Notes: generated by a model not told the origin, from the sequence alone. Shown: positions 1-13,258, numbered from the stretch's first letter. The stretch is 64,000 nt of DNA from Octopus vulgaris (GCA_951406725.2 OX597815.1:117986001-118050000); one strand, 5' to 3'. Numbers and translations: made by a program.

Positions 1-1131
1 AGCACGTCTCACAGAGGTGGCTTCATAACTTCCATATCTAAAAACTAAGCGTTAAATTAATATAATGACATAAAATACCATTTTTAACCATTATCTTAGA
101 CGAATAAACATATTATCATAGTTGTTAGAATTAATAATTTAATTGGATAATGAGATTAAGTTTAGAGTATTTCTGTTTCAGATCACCATACATGCAAATA
201 AATAAACAAAATTTTATCGCCAGTTCTTTAACAGTGAAATATTTCCTGACCCATACATGCAATTTATAATTGTGACTCTATGTGTAAAGAACCATTCTCA
301 ACATTTACATACCATTGGCATGACTGCCAAGTGAAGCATTCTAAGAGAATGTTTGACGAATTTCAAATTCTAAAAATGTTTACAAACGTTATATTTGGTT
401 ATGTATGTAAACTGATTATGTTTATTCCATACTTTGATACACACAAACACTAATGGTGCTTGTGTGTATGACGTATAGTATTTCCTTCTGTGTATCTCTA
501 CGAGAGTATATAAGAACGCATATACAGGCGTTTGTGTATGTAACATGTGCATGTGTGCTTATGCATGTCTATAAACGTTGTGTGTCTGATTGTGTTTGTG
601 TATAGATGTGTGCGTGTGCGCCCGCGTGGATACGCCTTTGCATACGAAGACTGCAAACTATTTAGAAATTAAAAGTGAGCTATTTTCATGCTCGTCATTT
701 AATTGGTCTGTTATTAAGTTAATTAAATTATTCATATTTTCGCTAAGTTAGTCAAGCTATGTAATTACTATACAGAGCATCCAAAAATATTAGGTAAGAT
801 TTACTGAGCAGCCAGCTGCAACCATCAGTCCAGGCTGGTTCCATTTCTCCTCTTTGCCTCCTCTACTGATTCTACATCAGCCTGTTCTCTTCTGAGTTTG
901 TCCATCCGACACACTTATTATTCTTCCTCTTGCCACTCTACTGCATTTCACCTTTAAGATCCCAAGCTAAAAGCTTTGCCTAATTCTTTCTTTGTTGGAG
1001 TTGCTTCCCTACGATATTCTTTTTTCCAAAACTGTAAGTGTTTGAGTTAAACATTTACTGTACCATTCTTATTTTGTGGGGAAATTTGCACCGACCATGA
1101 GCACTGTCCTTTTTCCTAGATCCCAGGATTA

Positions 1132-1150
1132 AATAATAATAATAATAATA

Positions 1151-1206
<56 letters not shown>

Positions 1207-1210
1207 AATG

Positions 1211-1269
<59 letters not shown>
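1132..1269. repeat. compound microsatellite (AAT)n(GAT)n(AAT)n
   Basis: Direct reading of trinucleotide runs; source of the poly-Y/H/I ORFs. Confidence 0.97.
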
Positions 1270-1609
1270 TATGACAAGAATTTTGTGAGAAAAGAGGTTG
1301 AAAAAAATCACCAAATACTCCGAATTGAAAGTGGAAATGACAAGACTGTATGGAATACGAGGGTAATGTAACAGTGATACCAGTGGTGATCGGAGCATTA
1401 GGCTCGTTCCCACTGAAACTTAAAAACTTCTTAAGGTAACTGGAAAACCCCAGCAAGATTGATGTCTTGCAAAAAACAGCCTTATTTGGAAGAGCGCATA
1501 TCTCTTTAAAAAAGTATTATCTGTCTGAGGTCCTTGTTGTGACCTGACAGATGACTAAAGACTCCGGTGCATTTTTAACCTACACTGTGTTACGAAGGAA
1601 AAATGAAAA
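1270..1609 (+). mobile_element. 5'-truncated RLE-type LINE (Dong/R4-like), endonuclease C-terminus plus 3'UTR
   Basis: Frameshifted translation KEVEKITKYSELKVEMTRL...VTVIPVVIGALGSFP...DVLQKTALFGRAHI matches the K..KY..L..E / PVVIGALG / LQK.ALLG C-terminus of RLE LINEs; starts directly after (AAT)n. Confidence 0.85.
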
Positions 1610-3393
1610 CATCGAAAAAGGCAATACGGTAGACAATTACAGGCCGATATCCTGTTTGCCACTTATGTGGAAGCTATTAGCTGGAATACTCGCAGGGTCA
1701 ATGTACGAAAATCTGGAAAAAAATGGAGCCCTGCCACATGAACAGAAGGGTTGCAAGCGTAAGTGCAGAGGTACCAAGGATCAACTCCTGATAGACAAAA
1801 CTGTACTTAGAGGAAAAGTAACTTAGCCAAGTCATGGATCGATTATCGTAAGGCGTACGATATGATCTCACATTCTTAGATTATGAAGTGTATTTGGTAT
1901 TGCATCGAATGTTGAGCGATTGCTTCGAAAAAGTATGGCGAATTGGAGGATGGACCTGACAGCATACGGAAGAAGTTTAGGGACAGTAGAAATTAGGAGG
2001 GGTGTCTTGAAGAAAGGCAAAAATCAAATGTATGGACGGGCTAACGATACCGTCGTGGGAGGTTATGAAGCAGATAGAAGAGACGGGCTATAAGTACTTG
2101 GGGATTTTGTAAATGGATAAATTGATGGAGAAAGAAACGACAGAAAAAATTTAAGGTGGAGTACTTGCGCAGACTGAGACTGATCCTAAAGTCGAAATTA
2201 AACGGACGGAATATGATCGAAGATATCGACACCTGGGCGGTTTCACTCCTTAGATATGGAGCAGGGGTACTCGCATGGACAGTAGACAAACTAAACAGCT
2301 TAGACAGAAAGACAAGGAAGTTGCTAACTAGATATGGGTCACTCCACCCAAAAAGTGACACAGACAAACTGTATGTACCAAGAAAAAGAGGGGAAAGAGG
2401 ACTTATTGGATGCGAACACAGCATTAGAGCAGAAGAATACAACAAAGCATGGTATGTAAAAAATGCCACAGAACCGCTATTATTAGAGGTAAGAAGGTCA
2501 GGCATGTGTAGGATGAAAGATTGCAAAGATAAAGCACTATACAAGAAATTGAAAACGAATGAAACTGAAAATAGGTGGGTAAAGAAAAGAATGCATGGTC
2601 AATTTCAAATGGATGTTGAAGATAAGACAAACAGAGAAAAAAGATGGCTGTGGATGACTAAAAGTGGTTTAAAACCGAAAACTGAGGCTCTAATCTGTGC
2701 TGCCCAAGAGCAAGCACTAAGAACAAACTACATAAAATACAGAATAGACAATACAGCAGAAAGTGTTAAGTGCAGAATCTATGGACAAAACGGTTAAACC
2801 GTATGGCATATTACCAGCCAATGTACTCCACTAGCCCACAAGGAATATAAGAGATGCCACGTCAATATAGCCAGGACTTGATAGCGCAATAAATTGGTAC
2901 GACCACAAACCTGAAGGCATCGTCGAAAATAGAAAAGCAAAGATCCTATGGGATTTCATAATTCAGTGCGACCATGAGATTGAGAATAGGAAGCCGGTCA
3001 TAGTCTTAATTGAGAAAGAAAACAAACTATGCTAGATCATAGATATAGCATGCCTAGCTGACAACAAGGTATATGGAAGAAACAAAAGTCGAGAGATATG
3101 ACAGGTTAGCTTGGGAAGTTAGGCGGTTGTGGTCGATGAAAAAGGTAGCAGTTGTACCAATAATTGTCGGAGCCCTGGGAACAGTGAGCAAAAATCTCGG
3201 GAAGTACGTGAAACAAATAGGGGCTGCAATAAGGGTGGAGCACTTACAGAAAACTGCACTGCTTGGAACCGCTCGAATACTCCGGAAGGTGCCCGAAAAA
3301 TAAGAGGTGTTACCTTAGTTCACTACCAGTGAACAGCTGACACTAATACATCTCCAGCGTTAGAAGATGTGCAAAGGCAACAATAATAATAAT
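1610..3393 (+). mobile_element. Dong/R4-clade RLE LINE, decayed (RT N-part, thumb, CCHC knuckle, RLE endonuclease, 3'UTR, (AAT)n tail)
   Basis: Motifs [115 protein letters not shown]. Has stops and frameshifts; the RT core (QGD..MDD) is deleted at about 2003. Confidence 0.95.
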
Positions 3394-3520
3394 GATGTCG
3401 CGCACATATGGTTATGATGCACCCTTATCAGATGGGTAATCGTGATGAGCATACTGGAGTTCGTATATTTTACCTCAGTGTCACATTGATGGCATGCACT
3501 GCTCTCTCACTCACTCAGTG
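3394..3520 (+). mobile_element. short non-coding retroposon 3' end terminating in (AAT)n
   Basis: Complex sequence between two AAT runs, ending ...gctctctcactcactcagtg-(ATA)n like the neighbouring RLE tails; family not identifiable by eye. Confidence 0.4.

Positions 3521-3591
<71 letters not shown>
3521..3591. repeat. (AAT)n microsatellite
   Basis: Direct reading. Confidence 0.97.
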
Positions 3592-3592
<1 letters not shown>

Positions 3593-4455
3593 TTTTCTTT
3601 ATTAACCATCAAGAGCTGGCAACAATTATCGAGAACGATGTAGGACGGCACGATGTGGGTTTACATTAAATATCTAAAGAAAAAAAGAAAATAGCAGAAA
3701 CAAAAACAAAAAAATTCAATGACTAATTCTCCATAAGGAGGGAGAGCTATTCTGAGAGTTATTCGTGGAAACGCCACAAAACCACGATCATCCTGCTCAC
3801 TAAGGCAAGTTTTCTTTACTAATTGTCTTCTTCCAGTCTAATGGGAGCATGTTCAGAGCAAATCTTTTCATTCGAACTATGCTTCCCACTCTCATCCACC
3901 TTTCAAGAAATTTGCTGGGAAGAAGCACTTCTCTCTCCATCCTCACTTTCCTGTGCATATAAAACTTGAGAAGGCTGATGAGGGTTTGGCCAAAGAAGAA
4001 CGTGCTTGTCTTCAGCCTTCTCAATCTCGTCCACAACACAACCTATAATGCCAGAGAAACGAGACAAATAAATAAAACCTGTTTTTCTCGGTCGCCAAAG
4101 GAACAAGACGGGATGAGCTTCACAATGAACTCAGCAGATAGCCAGATCCGCCCACTCGTGACAGCAGTTGTTCGAAATAATTGCTCTAGTCAGCTATGCT
4201 CGGACACTGAACGAATGTGAATAGCACGGTTTCGTCGCTTTGCATGCAACATGGACAAATGCAGCTGAGAGCTCTTCCTTGTCTGAAGAGTTTATATTGA
4301 ACTGGCCATGTAGCCGGTAGCGCTGCCAGGTCAGAGATTTCTACTTTCTTCCATTGACTCTGGGGGAGAAAGACACTGTTAATCTTGGTGTTGTGGTCTG
4401 ACACCCATGGGCTGTACATCCCTAGATGGTAGGGAACTCCTGACAGTCATTTGTG
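3592..4455 (-). mobile_element. Tx1/L1-clade LINE 3' end (ORF2 C-terminal zinc knuckle plus 3'UTR)
   Basis: Minus-strand ALPATWPVQYKL..CPCCMQSDETVLFTFVQCP (zf-RVT-like C-x2-C..ET..[H]..C), then VVLWTRL..KFLERW; 3' end ...tggttAATAAAgaaaaca abuts (TTA)n. Confidence 0.75.
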
Positions 4456-4549
4456 CTATTTAATATATATATATATATATTTATGTTGCCCACTATTTTT
4501 CCATTTCACAAAAAGAGCAATGACCTGCCTTTTATGACTATGGTAAAGG

Positions 4550-4726
4550 CAAGGGTGTAGTCAGGGTGGGGCAAGCAGGGCACATGCCCTGGGCGCCACT
4601 TTGAGGGGGGTGCAATTTTTCTAATTAAGCTATTTCTATGCGAATTACCACATTTTGTTGGAAGCGAGGGGGAGGACACAATTTTGATGCTTCCTTTGGG
4701 CGCTATTTACCCTAGCTACGCCCCTG
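4550..4726. mobile_element. hAT-type MITE
   Basis: TIRs caagggtgtagtcagggt / accctagctacgcccctg (CAGGGGCGTAGC-type); 8-bp TSD ggtaaagg / ggtaaaag with one mismatch. Confidence 0.8.
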
Positions 4727-4918
4727 GGTAAAAGACAGTTGCATATCGTTTGTATCTGTACCAACAATATACTCGTAATAGATTCTCCTTAACCTGGATG
4801 CACAAATCAGGCTTAAGCAGGGCAGCGGAGGCAACAATATTCGTGATACGGAAAAGGCCAGCATCACGTGAAAATGTGTAAAGAACATCCACAATTCCTT
4901 CAATAATATCACGTAGTA

Positions 4919-5740
4919 CAGGGTTATTCAAAAAGAATGAAACGATTTCATTACGCAATATTTTAATAAGGAAAAGCAATAGAAAACTCCAGCCAAGTCA
5001 TAAGTATTTACTCACAATCAACTTTATTTCTTGTCTTACAAGTGTTCAATGTGGCCACCACCTGGAGCACGAGCAACATCAATGCGATATGAGAATTCCT
5101 CCCAGACGCGTATCGTATCAGCATATCACGACCCACTAAGTTGAGCGCTGTCGTTATTCGATGTTTAAGGTCATCGAGGTTAGTGGGTAGAGGGGGAACA
5201 TAAACGCGATCTTTTGCATATCCCCACAAGAAAAAATCACACACGATGAAGTCTGGGGATCTCGTAGGCCAAGCGCAAAGAGCAAGGTCTTGGGCCCCTT
5301 TCCGACCAATCCATCGCTGGGGCACTTTTTCATTTAAAAAGCATGAACCATCTTGTTGAAAAATGAAGTCATGCGAATCTGCTTGCAGTGAAGTGAAGAG
5401 CCAATTTTGGAGCATATCGAGATAGGTTTGTCCTGTAACGGTGTTTCCTTCAAAGAAAAGGGGACCATAGACCTTGTCCGCTACCCACTAACCTCAATCA
5501 TCTTAAACATCGAATAATAACAGCGATAAACTCAGTGGATCATGATATGCTGATATGCATCTCTCGACGAATTCTTTTATCGCATTGATGTTGGCTGTGC
5601 TGCAGGTGACGGCCACATTGAACACATGTAAGACAGGAAATAAAAGTTGATTGTGAGTAAATACTTTTGACTTAGCTGGAGTTTTCTATTGCTTTTCCAT
5701 TATTGCGTAACGAAATCGTTTCATTTTTTGAATAACCCTG
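4919..5740 (-). mobile_element. non-autonomous Tc1/mariner (DD41D/rosa-like) derivative with ~265-bp inverted arms
   Basis: TA-flanked CAGGGTTATTCAAAAA termini; transposase C-terminus FQQDG..RWIGR..WPTRSPDF..CDFFLWGYAKDRVY (ORF 5008-5415); arms 4919-5190 and 5481-5740 are inverted copies. Confidence 0.9.
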
Positions 5741-5750
5741 TATTCAGTGT

Positions 5751-5918
5751 TTGTGCCGTCTTAAGGCATGGGACATCGGGTAGTTACCTGGAGCTCCAAA
5801 CGGTGTAGGAGCCCAATGCTAATCGATGTATACTGAGCCATTCTATCAATAAATAAATATTTTAAGTTCCAATGCATTTATTTGCCTCAGAAGCTATACT
5901 GTTGTTAAGACAGCACTG
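5751..5918. mobile_element. probable degenerate hAT-like MITE
   Basis: gtgccgtcttaa ... ttaagacagcactg inverted termini; no clean TSD. Confidence 0.45.
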
Positions 5919-6988
5919 TATGGTGCCGTATTTTAAATACGAACTCTTGACCCTTCAGCTGGTGCTCCAGTAATCTTACGATTCAGCCGTTTATGCTATC
6001 AGATATGAAATTACCGAGTAAGACATTAATGAGTTTTAAAGTTAATTAGTTATTTTTAGTTATTATTGATTGTTTAGTTAAGCGTTCTTTAAATTTAATA
6101 AGAGTGAGTGAAAACATGCCTTGTTCAGTCAATCAGTGAATAGATTTAACAGTTGGTTACAGTCGGTTATTAATATTTCATTACGAGGTAATTAATCAAT
6201 CACTCAGCAAATCAACGTTTAAATAAATAAGTTAATTAACTGATTATTCTGTCATTCGTTAACAATTTTATTGATATATCGAATAGCATTAGCAAATCAT
6301 TAAATAAATTTACTAAGAATGAATTTTCTTTTCAATATCAATAATTTGTCTGATATATTTATTTATTGATTTTTTTTTAATTAGCTAGTTAATTAATAAA
6401 TCAGTTTGTCAAATATCTGAAAAAAAAATTTATGCTTTATTAAAGTTATTAACATGAATATTTTGATCAGCAATCTCAGATCTGAAACGTGTTTATTTGG
6501 AAAGCTGGATTTGATAGCCAAATGTGACCTAACTCGAAAAGCCATCAAGATAAAATCCAGAGTAGTTTGGTGCACACTAACATTGAATTATAAAGTTATA
6601 GAGCAGTTAACGTCAGAACATAATGCAAATACATGCTATTAAAGAAACTAAGAAATTTAGCGAGATTTCTAGTTAACATTCAATGATACTGTGATTAATA
6701 CTTTTGAATACAATCAAGTCTACTACGAAATTTAAGGACACACAGATAATGAAAAATATTTCACGGATGAGGATTGATTTTTATATTTTTATTAATGCAT
6801 TGTTATATATGTTTCGGCATAGCATGTATTTTTATGGAACTACCACACCACATCCATAAGATATCGTTGTGTATTATAATACAGGTTCGGAATAATATGC
6901 GGTAGCCAGCAACAGGTAGCATAAGTTTTATGAGTGCACTGGTAGGCATTCGCCATATACAAAATACAAGGATATATATGGGGGGGGA

Positions 6989-7143
6989 GGAGGCGACGTG
7001 GTTAAGGCGCTCGCTTTGCACCCATGTGGATTCGAGTTCAGTCCCACAACAAGGTACCTTGGGAAGGTGTCTTTTACTATAGCTCCGAGCCCATCAATGG
7101 CTTGTGAGTGAATTTTGTGAACGAAAATTGTGTAGAAGCACGT
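6989..7143 (+). mobile_element. SINE family A (tRNA head, CORE-like box), partial
   Basis: A box gtggttaagg, B box gagttcagtccc, then ccttgggaaggtgtctt; similar to the copy at 37731. Confidence 0.8.
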
Positions 7144-7149
7144 TGCATT

Positions 7150-7265
7150 TAGGGGTAGGGTTAAGTCGATTACATTGACCCCAGTACTCAACTGGTGTTT
7201 ATTTCATTGACCCCGAAAGGATGAAAGGTAAAGTCAACCTCGGTGGATTTTGACCGCAGAACGTG
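7150..7265 (-). mobile_element. SINE family B (Nin/Deu-domain-like), partial
   Basis: Reverse complement of cctttcatcctttcggggtc.. ctggggtc..aatcgact. Confidence 0.8.
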
Positions 7266-7275
7266 AACCCCGTTG

Positions 7276-7377
7276 TACATACATACATACATACATACAT
7301 ACATACATACATACATACATACATACATGTATGTATGTATGTATGTATGTATGTATGTATGTATGTATGTATGTATG

Positions 7378-7473
<96 letters not shown>

Positions 7474-7553
7474 CAGCTCGCTCTCTCTCTATATATATAT
7501 ATAAACACATATACACATACATAGTGAAAGAGAGAGAGAAAGAGATTCATTGG

Positions 7554-7617
<64 letters not shown>
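7276..7617. repeat. compound tetranucleotide array (TACA)n(TGTA)n(CTAT)n ... (GATA)n
   Basis: Direct reading. Confidence 0.95.
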
Positions 7618-7894
7618 AATATGTAAACGGCCAAATGGCAGGGTTGGCTTTCAGCTTGTGTCTTTCTGTCTGTCTTTCTTTCACTCTTTCTTTCTCTCTG
7701 TCTTTCTATCCCTTTCTTTCTCCTCTCTCTCTCTCTCTCTTTCTAACTTTCGTCTTTTCTCTTCCGAAAAGGTCCGCCGTGTTCAGATTCGAAAGAGACG
7801 GAATCCGTCAGGTCTAAAAATGCCCAGACATGCTCTATGTTATCACGAGGCTCACCCGACTATATCAAGCGGTGCGGGCTCATTGCATACCGTC

Positions 7895-8088
<194 letters not shown>

Positions 8089-9267
8089 TTGAGAGAAAGG
8101 AGACAGAGAGAGATAGAGAGAAAGAACATGGAATAAAGTGGGACTTAATTACTAAAATAGATTGCAGGAAATTGTGGAGAAATATTTTGTACTACTAAGC
8201 GTTATAACGATCTGATGAGGAAATCCGAAGTGATATAAATTATCACTTATTATTGAGAGTTGGATATTAAAAAAGAAATGTTCTTTCGTAACAAGGTAAT
8301 AGCTAGAGCTCGTCAATTTGACGGCCATTATTAATGTGAAGTAGAATACAGAACTAGTCGTTTCTGGGGAAACAGGAAGATGGGAATTATATGCTACTTT
8401 GTCAGATATTGTTATGCTTTCCTTATGTGAAATGTTTAAAGTGTGAACCTATTAAATGCTACAAATATTCGTTGATTAACCTGACTCCAAGAAAACAAAA
8501 AATATATGAAAATAAAACAGCTATCTGTGCACCATACTTAATGTATAAACACTGGTGATAGGCTAGTTACTGAGGTATTTGTCATGTGATAATATCTATG
8601 GACTTGCTATGTTAAAAATGGTGGGATACGAAAAGTCGGCCTAGTAGCGGCCAGCGAGGATTCAAGGCTGAAATACATCAGGCATTCTTGCTGGCTGCTG
8701 TTGGGACGAATCTTCAACCCCCCGCCCCGATATTTATTGTGTTTTTAACATAACACGCCCATAAGAGATCTTATCTCAAAATAAATACGATAGTATGATA
8801 TTTAGATGGCTATTTTAAGTTAATACTGCCTCAGTTTCAAATACCGGATATGGAAAAAGGCTCTCTACATGCTTAACAGTCCGTTCTATGATTTAAAAAT
8901 ATCTGCAACTGGTAAATCAAAACATACAACGCATGTGAACAACCGTAGATTACCAAACTGTTTTAGATGTTACTTTAAAATCTGTTTGGGAATAAAATAC
9001 ATTTTACGTAGGCGAAATGATCGGATTTCTTTGAGATAATTTTGTTTATTCACATCAACTTTATGAGGAGTCTTGAATAGGGCGTTTCCAATTGTTCGGG
9101 AGAAAAATACAGAATGTGAAAATTACCTCTAACAAATATACAGCCTCAATGAATGTTAGAGGTACAGAAAATTCCCTCTGAGATTCTTGAAGTTTGTGAT
9201 ACATAATGTTGAAAGTTAGGAGGTTATCAACAAGATAAGTAACTAACTTCTGATTCCAGCCAAGAAC

Positions 9268-9505
9268 AGGCTTAAATCTTTCAAAAGAACATTTTGAAAA
9301 ACCACATATATCAATCCTTAAATAAAATCGTTATCAGTCCTTTTACAAAGTTAAATCAATTGTTTCAGACATATTGAAATACAGTAATATGCTTTAGCCT
9401 TAATGATTTTTCTTAATGATGTTACTTAATGGATTTAATCTTTGAGAGCAAGGTGATTCTGAGCTTATACGTGACATATACTCTTCAGTGAAGGCTTTTC
9501 GACAT
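9268..9505 (-). mobile_element. dispersed ~230-bp repeat (copy 1) with a hammerhead-like motif; probably Penelope-derived
   Basis: Aligns by eye with 14397-14622 (shared atatcaatccttaaataaaatcgttatca and tactcttca.tgaaggctttt); minus strand reads CTGAAGAG...CTC. Confidence 0.6.
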
Positions 9506-9575
9506 AGATTTTTTTCACTCCCAGCTTATACACCCTTCTCTTCAAAATTGTTGACCTTGTACCAAAATTCTTAGC

Positions 9576-9577
<2 letters not shown>

Positions 9578-9640
<63 letters not shown>
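9578..9640. repeat. (TTA)n microsatellite / LINE tail
   Basis: Direct reading. Confidence 0.95.
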
Positions 9641-9643
<3 letters not shown>

Positions 9644-10825
9644 TTGGCTTTTGCTTTGTATTCCTGCAAGTTGTCTCCAAGTTTCACCGAGAGACCTCAA
9701 GAGGCAACAAGTTATAATTTCAAGTTGGTATTATGACTAGGGTGCCATATATTTGGTTCTGCATGTTCTAGAGAATGTCTGTCAAAACATAAGTAAATTA
9801 GAAGCTTGTTTTAAAAGTAATTTGATTATAAGATGATAGTCTGATGTACAGATGACAGTAAAAGGTATTTGCTGTTATGTACATGTAACAGAATTTTGGC
9901 ACTTTTTACGGATTAAAATATTTTGGCACTGTTTACAGACTAAAATATTTTGGGGATTAGATAGACAATATTTTACGTAGGTTATGGGCAGTTCCCATGA
10001 GCACTATTTTTTAAATTTCTTACATTTTTGGATTTCCTGGTATCTGAGCAAGGTAACAATTAGACCCTTTTGATATACTTCTTAGAGCACCTATGACAGC
10101 AAGTATTGTTTTAGTCTTGAGGTTCCACATTTTGCCAATTTCTATTTCAAGATCTTTATACTTGCTCAGTTTTTGATAGTAGGTCTTGACAGGTATATTT
10201 ATATCGATTGGAGCAGTCATATCAATGAGGAGGCATGATTCTTGTCTGAAGTCTTTCAATATAACTTCTGGCCTACTCGCATCTGTCTTTCTGTCAATTT
10301 GAACGGTGAAGTTCCAAAGGAGTGTGATGAGGTCACTTTCAAGCACTGGCGGTGGTTTATGTTCCCACCAGATTTTATCATGGGACAGGTCCATGTCTTT
10401 TCAAATTACACAGTGAATATGCTGTACTGCTCTATCATGCCTGTTGAGATACTCTGTAGGCGCAAGAAGACTACACATGGAAACAACATGATCAATGATT
10501 TCATTTTGTTGTTTAGTTACACGACATGTTGGGCTACTGCTGTTCTTTAAGATGTTGGCCTGGTAGCTTCTTATAGGTAGGTATTGATCTCGAGCTGCTA
10601 TGATGAACCCTTCTGTCTCTGACTTTAAGCCAGAAGACACTAACTATTGATGAGTAAGGGCTTTGTCATCATCGGCATTATTAGCTCTCTTTGGGTATTT
10701 GACATTGAGAAGTTTTTCTTGATATTTAACAGTAAGAATATGTAAGGCAGCAGTTTTAGCATGGGTTTTCATACGCTTAGCCTTTTTCTGTGCTTGTTTC
10801 CAGCACGCCTAATTCTGGGATTTTT
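9641..10825 (-). mobile_element. Dong/R4-clade RLE LINE, second family, 5'-truncated
   Basis: GLKSETEGFIIAARDQ, CRV..EIIDHVVSMC, YLNRHD, WWEHKP, LLWNF, SRPEVIL..LLID, KLSKYKDLEIEI..W, VIGAL, VLMGTAHNLRKILSI* (stop 9957-9959); ~300-bp 3'UTR ends in (AAT)n on the sense strand. Confidence 0.93.
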
Positions 10826-10850
10826 TTATTATTGTTATTACTATTATAAT

Positions 10851-11478
10851 CGCCTTTGCACAGCTCCTAACGCTGGAGATGAATTAAAGTGTCAGCTATT
10901 CACTACCAGTGAATTAAGGTAACACCTATTTTTCGAGAACCTTCCGGAGTATTCGAGCGGTTCCAAGCAGTACTGTTTTCTGCTAGTGCTCTACCCTTAT
11001 TGCAGCCCCTATTTGTTTCACTGTTCCAAGGGCTCCGACAATTATTGGTACTACTGCTACCATTTTCATCGACCACAACTGCTTAACTTCCCAAGCTAAC
11101 CTGTCATATCTCTCAACTTTTCTTTCTTCTATATCGCATACCTTGTTGTCAGCTGAGCATGCTAAATCTATGATCCAGCATAGTTTGTTTCCTTTTTCAA
11201 TTAAGACTATGACCGGCTTCCTATTCTCAATCTCATGGTCGCACTGAATCATAAAATCCTATAGGATCTTTGCATTTCCATTTTAGACGATGCCTTCAGG
11301 TTTGTGGTCGTACTAATTTTTTGCTCTGTCAAGTCCATACTTGTTGCAGAGTGTCTAATGGACAAGCCTGCTATATCGTCGTGGCGTCTCTTATATACTT
11401 TCCGGGCTAGTGGCGTACATTGGCTGGTAATATGCCATACGGTTTCACCGTTTTGTCCACAGATTCTGCACTTATCAC
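10851..11478 (-). mobile_element. Dong/R4-clade RLE LINE, same family as 1610-3393, 5'-truncated
   Basis: Very similar to 2765-3380 (KCRICGQNGETVWHITSQC, IQCDHEIENRKPVIVLIEK, VERYDRLAWEV, PIIVGALGTV) with the same 3'UTR. Confidence 0.95.
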
Positions 11479-11857
<379 letters not shown>

Positions 11858-11870
11858 ACTACTACTACTG

Positions 11871-11914
<44 letters not shown>

Positions 11915-11942
11915 GCTACTGCTACTGCTGCTGCTGCTGCTG

Positions 11943-11984
<42 letters not shown>
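11858..11984. repeat. (ACT)n/(GCT)n microsatellite
   Basis: Direct reading. Confidence 0.95.
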
Positions 11985-12004
11985 TTCAAAGGGTGCATTA
12001 TTAA

Positions 12005-12273
12005 AAGGCACATGGACTAGTAGTTAGTGTGTTGCACTCATAATCGCGCAATTCCCAGACTGTGTGGTGCGTTGTGTTCTTGAGCAAAACACTTCATCTC
12101 ACGTTGCCCTGCGATCACTTCGACACCTACCGTATGATACACCGTGCACCATTTGGGCAACGTGGATTTGATGGGGGTTGTGAGCTAATGTGCAACACAA
12201 ACATTTGATCACTATAAACAAATCATTTATTCAAAAGTTGAACACTCACACTTCGTCTTCGACAGGAGAGAGC
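12005..12273 (+). mobile_element. SINE family C (tRNA head, Meta/V-like central box), diverged
   Basis: catggactagtagttag head; gttgtgttcttgagcaaaacacttca box shared with 33560 and 55548. Confidence 0.75.
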
Positions 12274-13134
12274 ATCATCGTTATTATTTTTATTATTATC
12301 TTACTTCAAACCCCGCTGAGGTCAACGTAACCAACTAACTCTACTACTTTCGAATTTACGGACCTTGTGCCTATGTTAGAAACATTATAATAGAGATATG
12401 CATACGTGTGTGTATATATGTGTGTGTATGATTAGGCATATGGGCATGTGCATGTGTGAGTGCGTAGAGATATTGCTACAGTAGATAAACATTTGTAATT
12501 TCAATTCAGAAAGAAAAAAACTGAAAGCTTTGTGAAGAACGATATTTATAACTTTACACGAAGAGCAGGAAGTATATAGTTAGAATCAGTTAAATGTGTT
12601 CAGTGTCGGATTTCGCTTCCTATAATTTCCGTTTTGACGACCACACTACTTTTCAAAAAAATACAACATAACTCCTCTAAAGACTTTTGGGAAGTTACAG
12701 AAACAATTTAGCGAAATATCAGAGAGCAACCGTTACAAATCCTCACGCACAAAATTTCTCCATTCTATAAACGAAGGAAATATCTGTTAACAATGCGCAA
12801 CATTTTCCAGTTAAAGAGGAGACGATTCGAAAAGTGTGAAATCTGATCTCATTTCCTGGGTATTATGACCTATTTTAGGCCTGTTGGGTGTTCCACTGAC
12901 GTTGACCATCTCAGTTATTCTAAAGGTTTTAAAAAGTTTTAGCTAAATTTGTATGCGGGGATTTGATTAAAGGAAAAAAAAGACAATATACATCCGGGAA
13001 ATTCCTTCACGAAATGCAAATTGGAAAGCAGGAACGATTAACAGATGTTTGTTGGCTTTCCTGTCATATCTACACCTCTTTTATCCTTTTATCTCTCTTC
13101 CCCCGCTATCCACCTCTGTATATCTATCATCTTT

Positions 13135-13150
13135 GCTCTCTCTCTCTTTT

Positions 13151-13184
<34 letters not shown>

Positions 13185-13185
13185 A

Positions 13186-13258
<73 letters not shown>

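Noticed and set aside
800-1020. Possible minus-strand RTE 3' remnant
   Set aside because: Only vague compositional resemblance; no motif recovered in frame.
8200-8260. CTGATGA-GG aaat CC-GAAG hammerhead-like string
   Set aside because: It lacks A15.1 (GAAG), stem II has only 2 bp, and there is no convincing stem I.
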